Assembly: GCA_000980735.1 (NCBI GenBank)
Contig: LBFQ01000007.1
Span: forward strand, 11,904 to 39,655
Source: Candidatus Caldipriscus sp. T1.2
GTDB lineage: Bacteria > Hydrothermota > Hydrothermia > LBFQ01
DNA length: 27,752 nucleotides
Direction: 5' to 3'
A program made the translations under genes and the position numbers. The notes beneath the pieces are model-generated. The model did no database searches. It saw only the letters and a list, made by a program, of their open reading frames with translations, and was not told where the DNA came from. Positions 7,068-19,668 of the stretch are shown piece after piece. Numbering within the stretch: position 1 is the first letter of the stretch; each line of letters opens with the position of its first letter.

Positions 7068-9083
7068 ATGGAGGTTAAGGAGGGTTTGGATTTAGAAAAG
7101 GTAAGGAATATTGGTTTTATTGCGCATATAGACGCGGGTAAAACCACAACAACGGAAAGGGTTTTGTATTATACCGGAAGGATCCACAGGCTCGGAAACG
7201 TGGATGAGGGGACCGCGACAACGGACTGGATGATACAGGAAAAGGAAAGGGGAATAACCATAACATCCGCGGCTACCGTATGCTTCTGGAAGGGATACCA
7301 GATAAACATAATAGATACTCCTGGGCATGTGGATTTTACGATAGAGGTTGAAAGGTCCCTGAAAGTTTTGGATGGTTTGGTGGTGATCTTTAGCGCGGTG
7401 GAGGGGGTTGAACCTCAAAGCGAAACCGTATGGCGTCAGGCGGAGAGGTATAAGGTTCCGAGGTTGATATTCATCAACAAGATGGATAGGATAGGGGCGG
7501 ACTTTAGGAGGGTAATCGAAGGTTTAAAAAAGAAGTTGAACGTTGATCCCCTTCTTATGGAGCTTCCCATAGGGATTGAGAAGGATTTTGTTGGGGTAAT
7601 ACACCTTGTGGAGAGGAAAAAGTATATCTGGGATATTGACGAGACCGGGGAGAAATATAGGGTTGAGGATTGGGAATTTGACGAGGAGAGTATCCCATAT
7701 TACGAAGATATAATACTTAGGTCCTCGGAGTACGATCCCGAAATTTTAGAGATTTACGAAAAAGAAGGTTTTGTACCGCCAGAAAGGGTTAAAAAGGCGC
7801 TGAGGAAGGGCGTAATAGAAAACAGGATCTTTCCCGTATTTATGGGTTCCGCCCTGAAAAACAAAGGAATACAGCCTTTGATAGATGCTATAGTAGAGCT
7901 TTTACCTTCACCCCTTGATGTTCCCCCCGTTCATGGAAAACTAAGGGGTGAGGACGTTTATATTCATACGGGCAAGGGGAATTTGGTGGCGCAGGTTTTC
8001 AAAATTCAGGTGGATCCTAAGGGAAAAAATAAGTATTTCTACACAAGGGTTTATAGGGGTGAGATAACCTTTATGACGAAGATATACAACCCGAGGACTG
8101 GGGAGACAATGAGGGCGACGAGGATATACAAAATGCATGCAAACAAAAAGGAGCAGATACAGAAGGCGGAAGCGGGGGATATAGTGGCTTTGGTAGGACT
8201 TTCGGACAAAACCATAACGGGCGATACCTTAACCGTAATTGAAGAGCCCGTAGAGCTTGACAGGATACCTTTCCCAGAACCCCTTGTTTCCGTTGCCTTG
8301 GAACCCAAGAAGAGTTCGGATGAAGCCCAACTGGAGGAGATTTTAAATATTTTTGCGGTGGAGGACCCATCCCTAAGGGTCAAGAAGGACGAGTCTACTG
8401 GGCAGTTTATACTTACGGGCATGGGAAAGCTTCACCTCGATATTGTGATTGATAGGATAATTAGGGATTACGGTTTAGAGGTAAGGGTAGGAAAGCCTTA
8501 TGTATCTTATAGGGAGACGATAACGGGGAGGGGATACGCAAGGGCGGAGTTCAAGAAAGAAGCGATGGATGTTGTTCATAGGGGTATAGTGGAGGTTGAA
8601 GTTGAAAGTACGGATGAAACTTCCTTTGAGATAGAATCCGAACTACCTCAAGAAATAAGGGAAGCTTTGATTTCTTCGTTTAGGGAAGTTTTGGAGTTTG
8701 GACCCCTTATGGGTTATCCTATGGTTAAAATTAAGGCAAAATTTAAGGTACCCTACGATCCTACCTTTACCCCCCTTGGTGTTAGGGCTGCATCCATAAA
8801 GGCCCTTCAGGAAGCGATACAAAACGCAAAACCCATCCTCCTTGAACCTTACGCCCTGATCTCCGTTATGACACCTCAGGAGTACCTTGGAAATATCGTG
8901 GAGCTTTTATCCTCCATTGATGGGGAAATAAAGAACATATATGAAGAGTTTGGAACGCAGTTTGTCGATGCCTTGGTGCCACTAAAGCAAACTTTTGACC
9001 TTGCAAACGACCTCAGGTCCGCGTCCCAGGGAAGGGCAACTTATACCATAAAGGAAGTTGAATTCCTACCATCAAAAGGCTAA
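7068..9083 (+). CDS. fusA: Elongation factor G paralogue (EF-G2 type, divergent domain IV)
   Basis: [35 protein letters not shown] and NKMD present. Domain IV lacks the QSGGRGQYG and HDVDSS loops. Not in the rpsL-rpsG-fusA-tuf context. Confidence 0.93.
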   Translation: MEVKEGLDLEKVRNIGFIAHIDAGKTTTTERVLYYTGRIHRLGNVDEGTATTDWMIQEKERGITITSAATVCFWKGYQINIIDTPGHVDFTIEVERSLKVLDGLVVIFSAVEGVEPQSETVWRQAERYKVPRLIFINKMDRIGADFRRVIEGLKKKLNVDPLLMELPIGIEKDFVGVIHLVERKKYIWDIDETGEKYRVEDWEFDEESIPYYEDIILRSSEYDPEILEIYEKEGFVPPERVKKALRKGVIENRIFPVFMGSALKNKGIQPLIDAIVELLPSPLDVPPVHGKLRGEDVYIHTGKGNLVAQVFKIQVDPKGKNKYFYTRVYRGEITFMTKIYNPRTGETMRATRIYKMHANKKEQIQKAEAGDIVALVGLSDKTITGDTLTVIEEPVELDRIPFPEPLVSVALEPKKSSDEAQLEEILNIFAVEDPSLRVKKDESTGQFILTGMGKLHLDIVIDRIIRDYGLEVRVGKPYVSYRETITGRGYARAEFKKEAMDVVHRGIVEVEVESTDETSFEIESELPQEIREALISSFREVLEFGPLMGYPMVKIKAKFKVPYDPTFTPLGVRAASIKALQEAIQNAKPILLEPYALISVMTPQEYLGNIVELLSSIDGEIKNIYEEFGTQFVDALVPLKQTFDLANDLRSASQGRATYTIKEVEFLPSKG

Positions 9084-9618
9084 GATTTTACTAATTTTGG
9101 CTTTGTGGGGATGTCAAGACCCGGGGGAGGTGGTTTTTAGGGAAAAGTGTATAAGCTGTCATAGGGAAAACAACGACCTTGTTCCCCCGGCCCCAATTTT
9201 TACGGATTATAGGATAAAAGCCGATTATGTTGAAAAGGTGTTAAGGGAAGGTATCGAGGGAACCGCGATGAAGTCCTTCAACGAACTTTCCGAAAGAGAA
9301 ATTAAAGCGGTCTCAAGGTATATAGAAAAATTAACGAAAAGGGAGGTAAAGGTAGACAGCTCTCTAATATCAAGGGGGAGATATTTATTTGAAAATATAT
9401 GCTCCTCCTGTCATGGGATAAAGGGGGATGGTGAGGGTGTGGGAAGGAATATCCCTCCACCGCCGGACTTCTCAAAGTTTAACCCCCTTCCCCAAACCAC
9501 AATAAGGGTCCTAAACGAGGGTATAAAGGGAACGACCATGTATTCCTTTAGGGAAATTCTAACAGAAGATGATAAAAGGGCGGTTGCGGAATATATCCTA
9601 CTTTTCTTCCGTGAGTAG
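9058..9618 (+). CDS. Dihaem c-type cytochrome, probable lipoprotein
   Basis: Two CxxCH motifs (CISCH, CSSCH), each followed by G..GTxM (distal Met). Hydrophobic [10 protein letters not shown]-terminus. Start codon uncertain. Confidence 0.88.
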   Translation: MNSYHQKAKILLILALWGCQDPGEVVFREKCISCHRENNDLVPPAPIFTDYRIKADYVEKVLREGIEGTAMKSFNELSEREIKAVSRYIEKLTKREVKVDSSLISRGRYLFENICSSCHGIKGDGEGVGRNIPPPPDFSKFNPLPQTTIRVLNEGIKGTTMYSFREILTEDDKRAVAEYILLFFRE

Positions 9619-9814
9619 GCTCGGATTTTTCCTCGTGCTCTTGGGCTTAACTTTATCCCTGTTAAAAATAAAATTCGGGCTTTTTGTCTGGGCTTTGGCG
9701 CCTTTTATTATTCTTATCCTTCTTTCCATTTCCTTTTGGAAGGATATGGGATGGTGGAACATCTTTACCTTTCTGATAATCCTTAACCTTTTGCTTTCGG
9801 CGCTTTTAAGGTAA
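9611..9814 (+). CDS. Small hydrophobic membrane protein (about 67 aa)
   Basis: GTG at 9611 overlaps the cytochrome stop. Two to three hydrophobic segments (part of ORF 9569..9814). Confidence 0.5.
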   Translation: MSRLGFFLVLLGLTLSLLKIKFGLFVWALAPFIILILLSISFWKDMGWWNIFTFLIILNLLLSALLR

Positions 9815-10978
9815 ATTAAAAGCTTCCCTCAAAATTTCCGCAACCTTAGTTATATAACAACCCTCCTGACTCTTTCCCTTTTTTAACCCATAAACAACGA
9901 GGGGAACATGGGTATCGTATGAATAGGGCGAGCCGTGGGTGGTACCCCTCGTATATCCAACTACCCAGTAAGGTTTCGCTATAAAAACGAGGTCCGCGGA
10001 ACCATCAAAACCGTTTATAACTAAGCTATCGACAAAATCCTTGGGATTTAGGGACAAAACCTCCTCATCCGTATAAACCCTGAATATCCACTCCTTCCCC
10101 AAAAGATACTCCTTAATTGTCTTCTTTGCCGATGCCTCTTCCCTATTCAAAAACACCCAAGGATACGAAATTCTAACATCCATTCCCAATATTTCTCTTA
10201 TCTCTTCCCCAAGCTTTTCTTCATCCACATACCCCCCGAAATTTTTCGGTATAGGCGCCACCCCGTGATCCGAGGTGAAGATCAGGATATAATTCCCTTT
10301 TCCTACCTCCTTATCCAAAAATCTTAAAATCTCCCGAATGACCGTATCCACCTGTTTAACCACCCTCTTAACCTCATCGCTGTTTGGACCGTACTTATGC
10401 CCCACCAAATCCAAGGATGATAAGCTCAAAATCGCCAGATCCGGAAATGTATCTTTTCCAAGCCCTTCCCTCCTTAAAACCTCTTTAAATACCTCAAGGA
10501 GAAATCTATTTCCCTCAAAGAACTCGTCCTTTAAGGAATACTTCCCGTTTATTTCATCCAACCATTCGGGTTTTCTATAATACCTTGATGTTGTTAGCTT
10601 CCCATCCTCAAGCCAAAGAACAACATCCGCCAAGAATCCCCCCGAAAATATAGCCGATCTATCTTTTAAAGAGATACTTACAACCTTTGATTCTGGATAC
10701 TTTAGCTTTATCTCATCCCCCACGGTGGGATATCTGAGCCTCCTTGGAGATTTCCCGAACTTTGGATCTTCAACGGATGGAAAGTTTGATATTATCCCAT
10801 GTATTCTTGGGGGAACGCCAGTTGATATCGTAGCATGCCCCACCGCGGTGAAGGTTGGAATATGCTTATGATGGCAGTTTGTATATACGAAAGAGGAATT
10901 TAGAAATTTTTGATCCAGAAGGGTAAGGTAATCGTATCTAAACTGATCCGCAATTAAAATTACCGCAAGCCTTATCAT
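9806..10978 (-). CDS. Alkaline phosphatase superfamily protein (PafA-like / nucleotide pyrophosphatase)
   Basis: DQFRYDY, PTFTAVGHATISTG (Thr nucleophile), SLKDRSA, DLVGHKYGP, TSDHG and HGSPY motifs. Confidence 0.88.
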   Translation of the reverse strand: MIRLAVILIADQFRYDYLTLLDQKFLNSSFVYTNCHHKHIPTFTAVGHATISTGVPPRIHGIISNFPSVEDPKFGKSPRRLRYPTVGDEIKLKYPESKVVSISLKDRSAIFSGGFLADVVLWLEDGKLTTSRYYRKPEWLDEINGKYSLKDEFFEGNRFLLEVFKEVLRREGLGKDTFPDLAILSLSSLDLVGHKYGPNSDEVKRVVKQVDTVIREILRFLDKEVGKGNYILIFTSDHGVAPIPKNFGGYVDEEKLGEEIREILGMDVRISYPWVFLNREEASAKKTIKEYLLGKEWIFRVYTDEEVLSLNPKDFVDSLVINGFDGSADLVFIAKPYWVVGYTRGTTHGSPYSYDTHVPLVVYGLKKGKSQEGCYITKVAEILREAFNLP

Positions 10979-11727
10979 CCGCCGTAGAAATAATAAGAAA
11001 TTATAAAGTCAGCCACAAGGATCAGGACGGAGGAATAAACCACCGCCCTCATGGCGGATAAACCCACCCCTATAGCCCCTCCCTCGGAATTAAAACCCTC
11101 ATAACAACTTATGAAGGTTATTATTATACCGAAAATAATTGATTTAACCGCACCAACAAGCAGGTCCCTATCACTGTAGCTAGATCTCATCCCCGCTACG
11201 AGTTCATTATAGGACATACCATAAACGTAAGTGGTGAAAATAAGGGCGGCGGATATGGAAATGAAGGTGGCTATGGCGGTGAGAATGGGAATGGAAATTA
11301 TGCTCGCTATTACCCTTGGGAGGACTATGAATCTGTAAGGGTTTATCCCCATAACCTCAAGGGCGTCTATTTGCTCGGTAACCCTCATTGTTCCAATCTG
11401 GGATGCGAGCCCTCCTCCCACCCTACCCGCTATCACTAAGGCGGTTAAAACGGGCGCAAGCTCTATTATCGTACCTTTCCATATCCCCATCCCTATGATG
11501 TTGGCGGGGACATAATCCTTAACTTGGAATGATACCAGAAGTGCCGCCACCAATCCCACAAAGGTGGAGCTTCCCCCAACTATCAACAGAGAATCAAAGC
11601 CTATTATTGCGATCTGCCTGAAAACTTCCCCAAAAACCTTGTTAGCTTCTCCAAAAGCCAAAATCGTGTTTATAAAGAATATGGCAAAGTCTCCTACCTT
11701 CTCAATGGGTTTTAGGAGCTTATCCAT
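10975..11727 (-). CDS. mlaE: MlaE-family ABC transporter permease
   Basis: ELAPVLTALVIAGRVG, IGTMRVTEQIDALEVMGINP and GGAIGVG motifs. Confidence 0.92.
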   Translation of the reverse strand: MDKLLKPIEKVGDFAIFFINTILAFGEANKVFGEVFRQIAIIGFDSLLIVGGSSTFVGLVAALLVSFQVKDYVPANIIGMGIWKGTIIELAPVLTALVIAGRVGGGLASQIGTMRVTEQIDALEVMGINPYRFIVLPRVIASIISIPILTAIATFISISAALIFTTYVYGMSYNELVAGMRSSYSDRDLLVGAVKSIIFGIIITFISCYEGFNSEGGAIGVGLSAMRAVVYSSVLILVADFIISYYFYGG

Positions 11728-13067
11728 TTCTCAAGGCTGTTGGTGTAAAACTTACCGCTTAAAAACTCAGACCTGTTCATAATCTCAAGGTGTAATCCTA
11801 TGTTTGTTTTTATCCCGCTTATAACAAATTCGGAAAGCGCCCTCTTCATCCTGCTTATAGCCTCGTTCCTATCGTTTCCCCAAGTGATCAACTTTGCTAT
11901 AAGGGAGTCGTAATATGGTGGGATCGTGTATCCCTGATAAATATGCGTATCTACCCTAACGCCTGGTCCCCCAGGTTTGTGCAAAAGTTCTATCTTTCCT
12001 GGGCTTGGCGCAAAGTTGTTTTCTGGATCCTCCGCATTTATCCTAGCCTCTATGGAATGCCCGTTTATCCTCAAATTCTTCGTATCAACGGGCAATTTTT
12101 CCCCCATGGCTATCAGGATCTGGGCTTTAACTATATCCACCCCAGTGATCATCTCCGTGGTGGGATGCTCCACCTGGATCCTCGTATTCATCTCTATAAA
12201 GTAAAAGTTCCCGTTTTCATCCATAAGAAATTCCAATGTTCCTGCGCTCCTATAATTTATGTGCTTTGCCGCTTTTACCGCATAATCAAGAAGCTTTCTC
12301 CTCTGCTCCTCCGTTATTGATGGGCTCGGCGCCTCTTCAACAACTTTCTGGTGTCTCCTCTGAAGGGAGCATTCCCTCTCAAAAAGGTGGGTTATGTTTC
12401 CGTATTCATCCCCCAAAACCTGAACCTCTATGTGTTTGGGCTTTGTTATGAACTTCTCGAGGTATAACCTCCCATCTCCAAAAGCGGCTTCCGCCTCCGC
12501 GGATGCGGAGAGGAACTTTTGCTCCATCTCCTCTTCCGAATTAACGATCCTCATCCCCCTACCCCCACCACCAGCCGCCGCCTTTAATAAAACCGGATAA
12601 CCTATCTCCGCCGCTATCCTCTTTGCTTCCTCTACATCCTCAAGGGGCTCTTCCGTACCCGGAACCAGGGGAACCCCTGCCTCCTTCACCGTCTTTTTCG
12701 CCATAACCTTATCCCCCATTATTGCTATTTGCTCGGGCGTAGGCCCTATAAAAACTAACCCATGCATCTCTACGATTCTCGCAAAATCCTCCCTCTCCGA
12801 AAGGAAACCGTATCCCGGATGTATGGCATCCACCTCCCAAGCCTCCGCCGCCGCTATTATGTTCGGAATGTTTAAATAGCTCTCCTTGGTGGATGGTCCT
12901 CCAATGCAAACCGCATAATCCGCAAGCTGAACGTGCAGGCTATTTTCGTCCGCAGTACTGTATATAGCCACCGTCTCTATTCCCAGCTCCTTGCAGGCAT
13001 AGATGATCCTTAAGGCGATTTCCCCCCTATTTGCTATTAGGATCCTCTTTATATCCCTCTTGGGCAC
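11712..13067 (-). CDS. accC: Acetyl-CoA carboxylase biotin carboxylase subunit
   Basis: ILIANRGEIA, HPGYGFLSE, GGGGRGMR, RECSLQRRHQK, EMNTRIQVEH and PPYYDSLIAK. GTG start at 13067 chosen because a TATAAT lies 7 nt upstream and the ORF-track extension overlaps a divergent gene. Confidence 0.96.
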   Translation of the reverse strand: MPKRDIKRILIANRGEIALRIIYACKELGIETVAIYSTADENSLHVQLADYAVCIGGPSTKESYLNIPNIIAAAEAWEVDAIHPGYGFLSEREDFARIVEMHGLVFIGPTPEQIAIMGDKVMAKKTVKEAGVPLVPGTEEPLEDVEEAKRIAAEIGYPVLLKAAAGGGGRGMRIVNSEEEMEQKFLSASAEAEAAFGDGRLYLEKFITKPKHIEVQVLGDEYGNITHLFERECSLQRRHQKVVEEAPSPSITEEQRRKLLDYAVKAAKHINYRSAGTLEFLMDENGNFYFIEMNTRIQVEHPTTEMITGVDIVKAQILIAMGEKLPVDTKNLRINGHSIEARINAEDPENNFAPSPGKIELLHKPGGPGVRVDTHIYQGYTIPPYYDSLIAKLITWGNDRNEAISRMKRALSEFVISGIKTNIGLHLEIMNRSEFLSGKFYTNSLEKWISS

Positions 13068-13074
13068 GACGGAA

Positions 13075-13108
13075 ATTATAAAGTGGCTAACAAAAACCCC
13101 CTTATAAT
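13075..13108. promoter_or_regulatory. Divergent -10 pair (accC: 13075-80 minus; OMP gene: 13103-08 plus)
   Basis: TATAAT 7 nt before the accC GTG and CCT-TATAAT 8 nt before ATG 13117. Confidence 0.6.
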
Positions 13109-13116
13109 TCCCTTCT

Positions 13117-13566
13117 ATGTTGGCTTTGACCCTTTTATCCGCCCTAACGGGTACACCATCCTCGGGTATAAGCATAGGGATAGTGATAGGGGATCCTACG
13201 GGCCTTTCCCTGAAGTTCTGGGGGATAGGACAAAATTCCGCCCTTCAGGTTAATATAGGGGGTGGTGGGTTTGTTGCCCCCGCGGACCTTTCGGTGAGCG
13301 GTTCCCTCCTCTTCCACTCACTTCTGACAAGGGAAACCCCCATAAACGGATATCTCGGCGTCGGAGCCTTTGCGGGTATAAATCAGGGAAGGCACGGTGA
13401 TGAGGCGGTTTTCGGGATCCTTGTACCCCTGGGTTTGGAGCTCATACTTTCGGAAGTTCCCCTTGACCTCTTCATAGAAGTTCCTCCAGTGATAGGATTT
13501 ACCACAAAGGGGGATGTAAGGGCAGGTTTGACCTTCGGAATAGGCTTGAGGTACATCCTGAAGTAG
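13117..13566 (+). CDS. Small outer-membrane beta-barrel-like protein (DUF3996-like)
   Basis: Short signal, then GIGIVIGDPTGLSLKFW, alternating amphipathic strands, C-terminal GIGLRYIL. Confidence 0.65.
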   Translation: MLALTLLSALTGTPSSGISIGIVIGDPTGLSLKFWGIGQNSALQVNIGGGGFVAPADLSVSGSLLFHSLLTRETPINGYLGVGAFAGINQGRHGDEAVFGILVPLGLELILSEVPLDLFIEVPPVIGFTTKGDVRAGLTFGIGLRYILK

Positions 13567-14159
13567 TGTTCTCGGGAATTATTGAGGGTAGGTGTAGGGT
13601 AAGGGAAATTAAGGAGGGGAAAAGGGGGGTTAGGGTTCTTTTTGAGTTTGAGAATTTAAGGGAGTTTTATGTTGGACAGTCTATCTCCATAGATGGGGTA
13701 TGTTTGACGGTTGAGGACTTTCGGGATAACCTTGCGGAATTCTTCCTTTCGGATGAAACCTTAAGGGTCACAAAGTTCGGGAGGGTTTTGGCGGAGGGAT
13801 ACGTTTGCAACTTTGAGAGGGCTTTAAAAGTCGGAGATAGGATAGACGGGCACTTTGTTTTAGGGCATGTGGATGGGGTAGGTGAAATAACTGAGATTTT
13901 GGATTTTGGGGAGGAGGGTTGGGGGATAAAGGTAAAGATCCCGAAAGAGCTTTTAAAGTTCGCCCCGAGAAAAGGTTCAATAGCCTTGGATGGAACAAGC
14001 CTCACGATAAATTCCGTTGAGGGTGATGAGATAAGAATAAGGCTCATACCACAAACTTTAAGGATAACCGCCTTCCCTTACCGAAGGGTGGGAGATCTCC
14101 TGAACGTTGAGGTGGATGTCCTCGCAAGGTACGTACATAACCTACTGAAATTTCCTTAA
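13566..14159 (+). CDS. ribE: Riboflavin synthase alpha chain
   Basis: MFSGII start, GQSISIDGVCLTV, GHFVLGHVDG, KGSIALDGTSLT and NVEVDVLARY. Confidence 0.95.
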   Translation: MFSGIIEGRCRVREIKEGKRGVRVLFEFENLREFYVGQSISIDGVCLTVEDFRDNLAEFFLSDETLRVTKFGRVLAEGYVCNFERALKVGDRIDGHFVLGHVDGVGEITEILDFGEEGWGIKVKIPKELLKFAPRKGSIALDGTSLTINSVEGDEIRIRLIPQTLRITAFPYRRVGDLLNVEVDVLARYVHNLLKFP

Positions 14160-14172
14160 AAAGCCGGATTCC

Positions 14173-15735
14173 TCACAGTTTAAAACCCTCTCCTTTCCCT
14201 ATCCTCGCCCTGCTTGCCTGGGCGCATCCCAAAAATATAAAATCCATATCCCATTCCCTGTGTGCGTCCGTGTTTATGCTAACCAAACCTTTATAATCGT
14301 GCTCCGTCAAAACGTAAGCGTCAAGGTCCACCCTCTTGGGATTTGAGTTTATCTCCAGAGCTTTACCTTCTTCTTCTGCAACCCTAAAAACCTTTTCAAT
14401 ATCCACCCTATAGGATGGCCTCTTCTTTAGGACTCTACCTGTAGGATGGGCGATTATATGAACGTAAGGGTTCCTAAGGGCGGAGATGATCCTTTCCGTT
14501 AGATCTTCGTCCTCCTTCCATGAATGCACGCTTGCTATTACAAAGTCAAAATTCCGTAGGATCTCTTCGGGGTAATCAAGGCTACCATCCGGTTTTATAT
14601 CAACCTCCGCCGAAAAGAGGATCTTCATATAGGGATACTTATCCCTCAAAACCTGAATTTTTAGGAATTTCTCCCTCAACCTCTCCTCGTTTAAACCTCC
14701 CGCATACCCCGCTGAGGGGGAATGATCCGCCAAACCTATTACGGAATATCCCCTGTTTATGGCGTTTTGCACCGCCTCCTCTATCTCCATAGAACCGTCG
14801 GAAAAGGTGGTATGCACATGAAGGTCACCGAGTATATCCTCGGGTAAAACGGGTTTCGGGAGCTTCCCCTTTAAGGCGAGCTCCACCTCCGAACCGTCAA
14901 ACCTCTGGAACGGATGTATGAATTTTAAGGAAAGCCTCTCGTAAACCTCCTCCTCAGTCTCCCCCTTTATGCCCCCCAACTCCAAAAGCTTTTCCACGTG
15001 AGCCCTTGGACCCGTAGAATACACCAAAACTTCCCCCATATCCTGCTCATTGTATATATGTAGTTTTATTGGGATCCTCTCGCCCGCCCAAAGCAAATAA
15101 CCTTTCTCAAATCTACCGGAAAGAGTTAGGCGGAAGGCCTCCTCCTCACTTATCGCAAACTCCAAGATATCCACCAAAGGTTCCCCCCTCCTGAAGGAAC
15201 CCACCGCTATGGCGGATCTGTACTCGGAGGTGAAGGATCTTACGATGGGAACCGCCTCGCTAAAAAGTAAAAGATCCCTCTGGGAAAGGTAAAATTTCAG
15301 GTTTTCGTAGATCTTTGAGGGATCCTTGAAAAGCTTCTTTGCCCCTTCGCCCTGTAAGAACCTTTCAAACCCCTCAATATCCTCTATTCCCATCTTCCAA
15401 AGCTCCCTAACCGTCCCCGCACCTAAACCTCTCACCCTCAAAAGCTCCGTGAGAGCCAAGGGAAAATCGGCTATCAACTCCTCGTATTTTGAAACCTTGC
15501 CCGTTTCCAAAAACTCAGCTATCTTCCCCGCTATGGCATCCCCAACCTTTAGGTATCTTTTCAGTCCCGCCAAGCCCTCCGCCTCGTAAAGGGACTTAAG
15601 ATCCCCAGAATATAGGATCACCTTCTTTGAGGCCGACCTATAAGCCTCAACCTTGTATTTATTTTCCCCTTTTATCTCCTCAATGTCCGCAATTGTTTGG
15701 AAGATCTTATAAAGTTTGTAGTTCGCCTCAAACAT
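14173..15735 (-). CDS. polX: DNA polymerase X-PHP fusion with degenerate polymerase site
   Basis: 8-kDa domain (KVEAYRSA, VGDAIAGKI), HhH (VRGLGAGT), GSFRRG, YSTGPRAH. PHP motifs DLHVHT, DHS, EVDI, SVH, AHPTGR and NTDAH. ATG 15735 has TAAAAT 8 nt upstream. Confidence 0.92.
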   Translation of the reverse strand: MFEANYKLYKIFQTIADIEEIKGENKYKVEAYRSASKKVILYSGDLKSLYEAEGLAGLKRYLKVGDAIAGKIAEFLETGKVSKYEELIADFPLALTELLRVRGLGAGTVRELWKMGIEDIEGFERFLQGEGAKKLFKDPSKIYENLKFYLSQRDLLLFSEAVPIVRSFTSEYRSAIAVGSFRRGEPLVDILEFAISEEEAFRLTLSGRFEKGYLLWAGERIPIKLHIYNEQDMGEVLVYSTGPRAHVEKLLELGGIKGETEEEVYERLSLKFIHPFQRFDGSEVELALKGKLPKPVLPEDILGDLHVHTTFSDGSMEIEEAVQNAINRGYSVIGLADHSPSAGYAGGLNEERLREKFLKIQVLRDKYPYMKILFSAEVDIKPDGSLDYPEEILRNFDFVIASVHSWKEDEDLTERIISALRNPYVHIIAHPTGRVLKKRPSYRVDIEKVFRVAEEEGKALEINSNPKRVDLDAYVLTEHDYKGLVSINTDAHREWDMDFIFLGCAQASRARIGKGEGFKL

Positions 15736-15743
15736 AAATTGCA

Positions 15744-15761
15744 ATTTTACTTCCGTATAAT
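15744..15761. promoter_or_regulatory. Back-to-back -10 pair (polX TAAAAT 15744-49 minus; transporter CCG-TATAAT 15756-61 plus)
   Basis: Each hexamer is 8 nt from its ATG. The hexamers are only 6 bp apart. Confidence 0.65.
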
Positions 15762-15769
15762 ACCCCCCT

Positions 15770-18349
<2,580 letters not shown>

Positions 18350-18356
18350 ATCGTTG

Positions 18357-18378
18357 ATTATAAGCTCGGATTTAGAAT
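18357..18378. promoter_or_regulatory. Divergent -10 pair (tgt TATAAT 18357-62 minus; dapB TAGAAT 18373-78 plus)
   Basis: 7 nt before the tgt TTG and 6 nt before the dapB ATG. Confidence 0.6.
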
Positions 18379-18384
18379 TGAAGT

Positions 18385-19086
18385 ATGAAGGTAGTTTTAG
18401 TAGGTTATGGGAAGATGGGAAAGGAATTGGAAAAGATCCTTTTGGAAAGGGGACATGAGATAGTAGGGGTAGTAGAGAGAGGGGGGGATTTTGAGGTTAT
18501 AAAAGAAGGGGAAGCGGTTTTGGAGTTTGCGCATCCAAGCGCAACCTTTGAAGCATTGGAAAGGGCAAAGAAATATAGGAAAAAATACATTCTCGGAACA
18601 ACGGGATACAGCGAGGGAGATATGGAGAAAATAAGAGAATTTGGTAATTTTATACCGATAGTTTATTCTCCGAACTTCTCCGTTGGGGTTTATCTTATGG
18701 GGGAAATTTTAAAACTTTTAAAGGAATTTGTCGGGGATTGGGATATTGAGATCGTTGAGATACATCATAGGTGGAAGAAGGATTCTCCGAGCGGAACCGC
18801 CCTAAAGCTTGCGGGAATTTTTGGTAGGGAGATAAATTTAAGTAGGAAGGGGGAGAGGAAGGAAGGGGAGATAGGGGTTTTTGGGGTGAGGGGAGGGGAT
18901 GTATTCGGAGAGCATACCGTATTTTTATTTTCGGAGGGGGAAAGGTTGGAGATAACACATAGGTTATCATCAAGGAGGGCTTTGGCAAAGGGTGTCCTCT
19001 TTTCCCTTGATTTCCTGAAGGATAAGGTTCGCGGTTTTTATACCTTTGAGGATGTCTTAAGGGAAACCTTTACATACCGAAGGTAA
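18385..19086 (+). CDS. dapB: 4-hydroxy-tetrahydrodipicolinate reductase
   Basis: GYGKMG, GTTG, SPNFSVG, EIHHRWKKDSPSGTA, RGGDVFGEH and EITHR. Confidence 0.95.
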   Translation: MKVVLVGYGKMGKELEKILLERGHEIVGVVERGGDFEVIKEGEAVLEFAHPSATFEALERAKKYRKKYILGTTGYSEGDMEKIREFGNFIPIVYSPNFSVGVYLMGEILKLLKEFVGDWDIEIVEIHHRWKKDSPSGTALKLAGIFGREINLSRKGERKEGEIGVFGVRGGDVFGEHTVFLFSEGERLEITHRLSSRRALAKGVLFSLDFLKDKVRGFYTFEDVLRETFTYRR

Positions 19087-19660
19087 AGAGGAGTACATCC
19101 CAAGTTATGTGGGATATTATCAATGGGGTTAGGTCCCTCTTCCATATAAAGAGAAAACCCCAAAAGGCTCCCGCCCCTATCGCCGCAACGATTAGGGATA
19201 AATTGAATGTAAAGGCGTGGGCTAGGGAATAAAGGAGAATGGAAAGGAGATAGCCTTGTAATTTCCCAAGGTTTTCCATAAGTGTCCTTTGAACAAAACC
19301 CCTCCAAAATACCTCCTCCCCAACGGATACACTTAGTGCTACTGGGAAGGAAAAGTAAATGGGTGCCAAATCCTTTAATGCTTTTACCTCTTCAACAGAT
19401 AGGTAGAGCTCGGGTAGGAATTTTTTAACAAAAACCGCAAAAGCAAAGAAAAAGGAATATATCAATATTCCCGAAAGGATCCCGACGGGAAGATCTTCCC
19501 ACCTAGGCCTTATTATCTTCCTCGTTCTTTCTTCCGAAAAGCCGAAAATCAATATCCCAATACCTGCTATGAATATACCCAGCCAAAAGTTTAGAGGTCC
19601 CTTGAAGGCAAAACCCCAAAGGAAAGATGCCAGCAGGAAACCCAAAGCTACCTTGAGCAT
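19070..19660 (-). CDS. CPBP (CAAX protease/Abi) family intramembrane glutamic endopeptidase
   Basis: EEVFWRGF, YSLAH and IISHITWD motifs. Multi-TM. Confidence 0.9.
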   Translation of the reverse strand: MLKVALGFLLASFLWGFAFKGPLNFWLGIFIAGIGILIFGFSEERTRKIIRPRWEDLPVGILSGILIYSFFFAFAVFVKKFLPELYLSVEEVKALKDLAPIYFSFPVALSVSVGEEVFWRGFVQRTLMENLGKLQGYLLSILLYSLAHAFTFNLSLIVAAIGAGAFWGFLFIWKRDLTPLIISHITWDVLLFTFGM

Positions 19661-19668
19661 AGAAAGGA

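Noticed and set aside
13068-13175. 36-aa N-terminal extension of accC
   Set aside because: Overlaps the divergent gene at 13117. Homology starts at KRILIANRG and a -10 supports GTG 13067.
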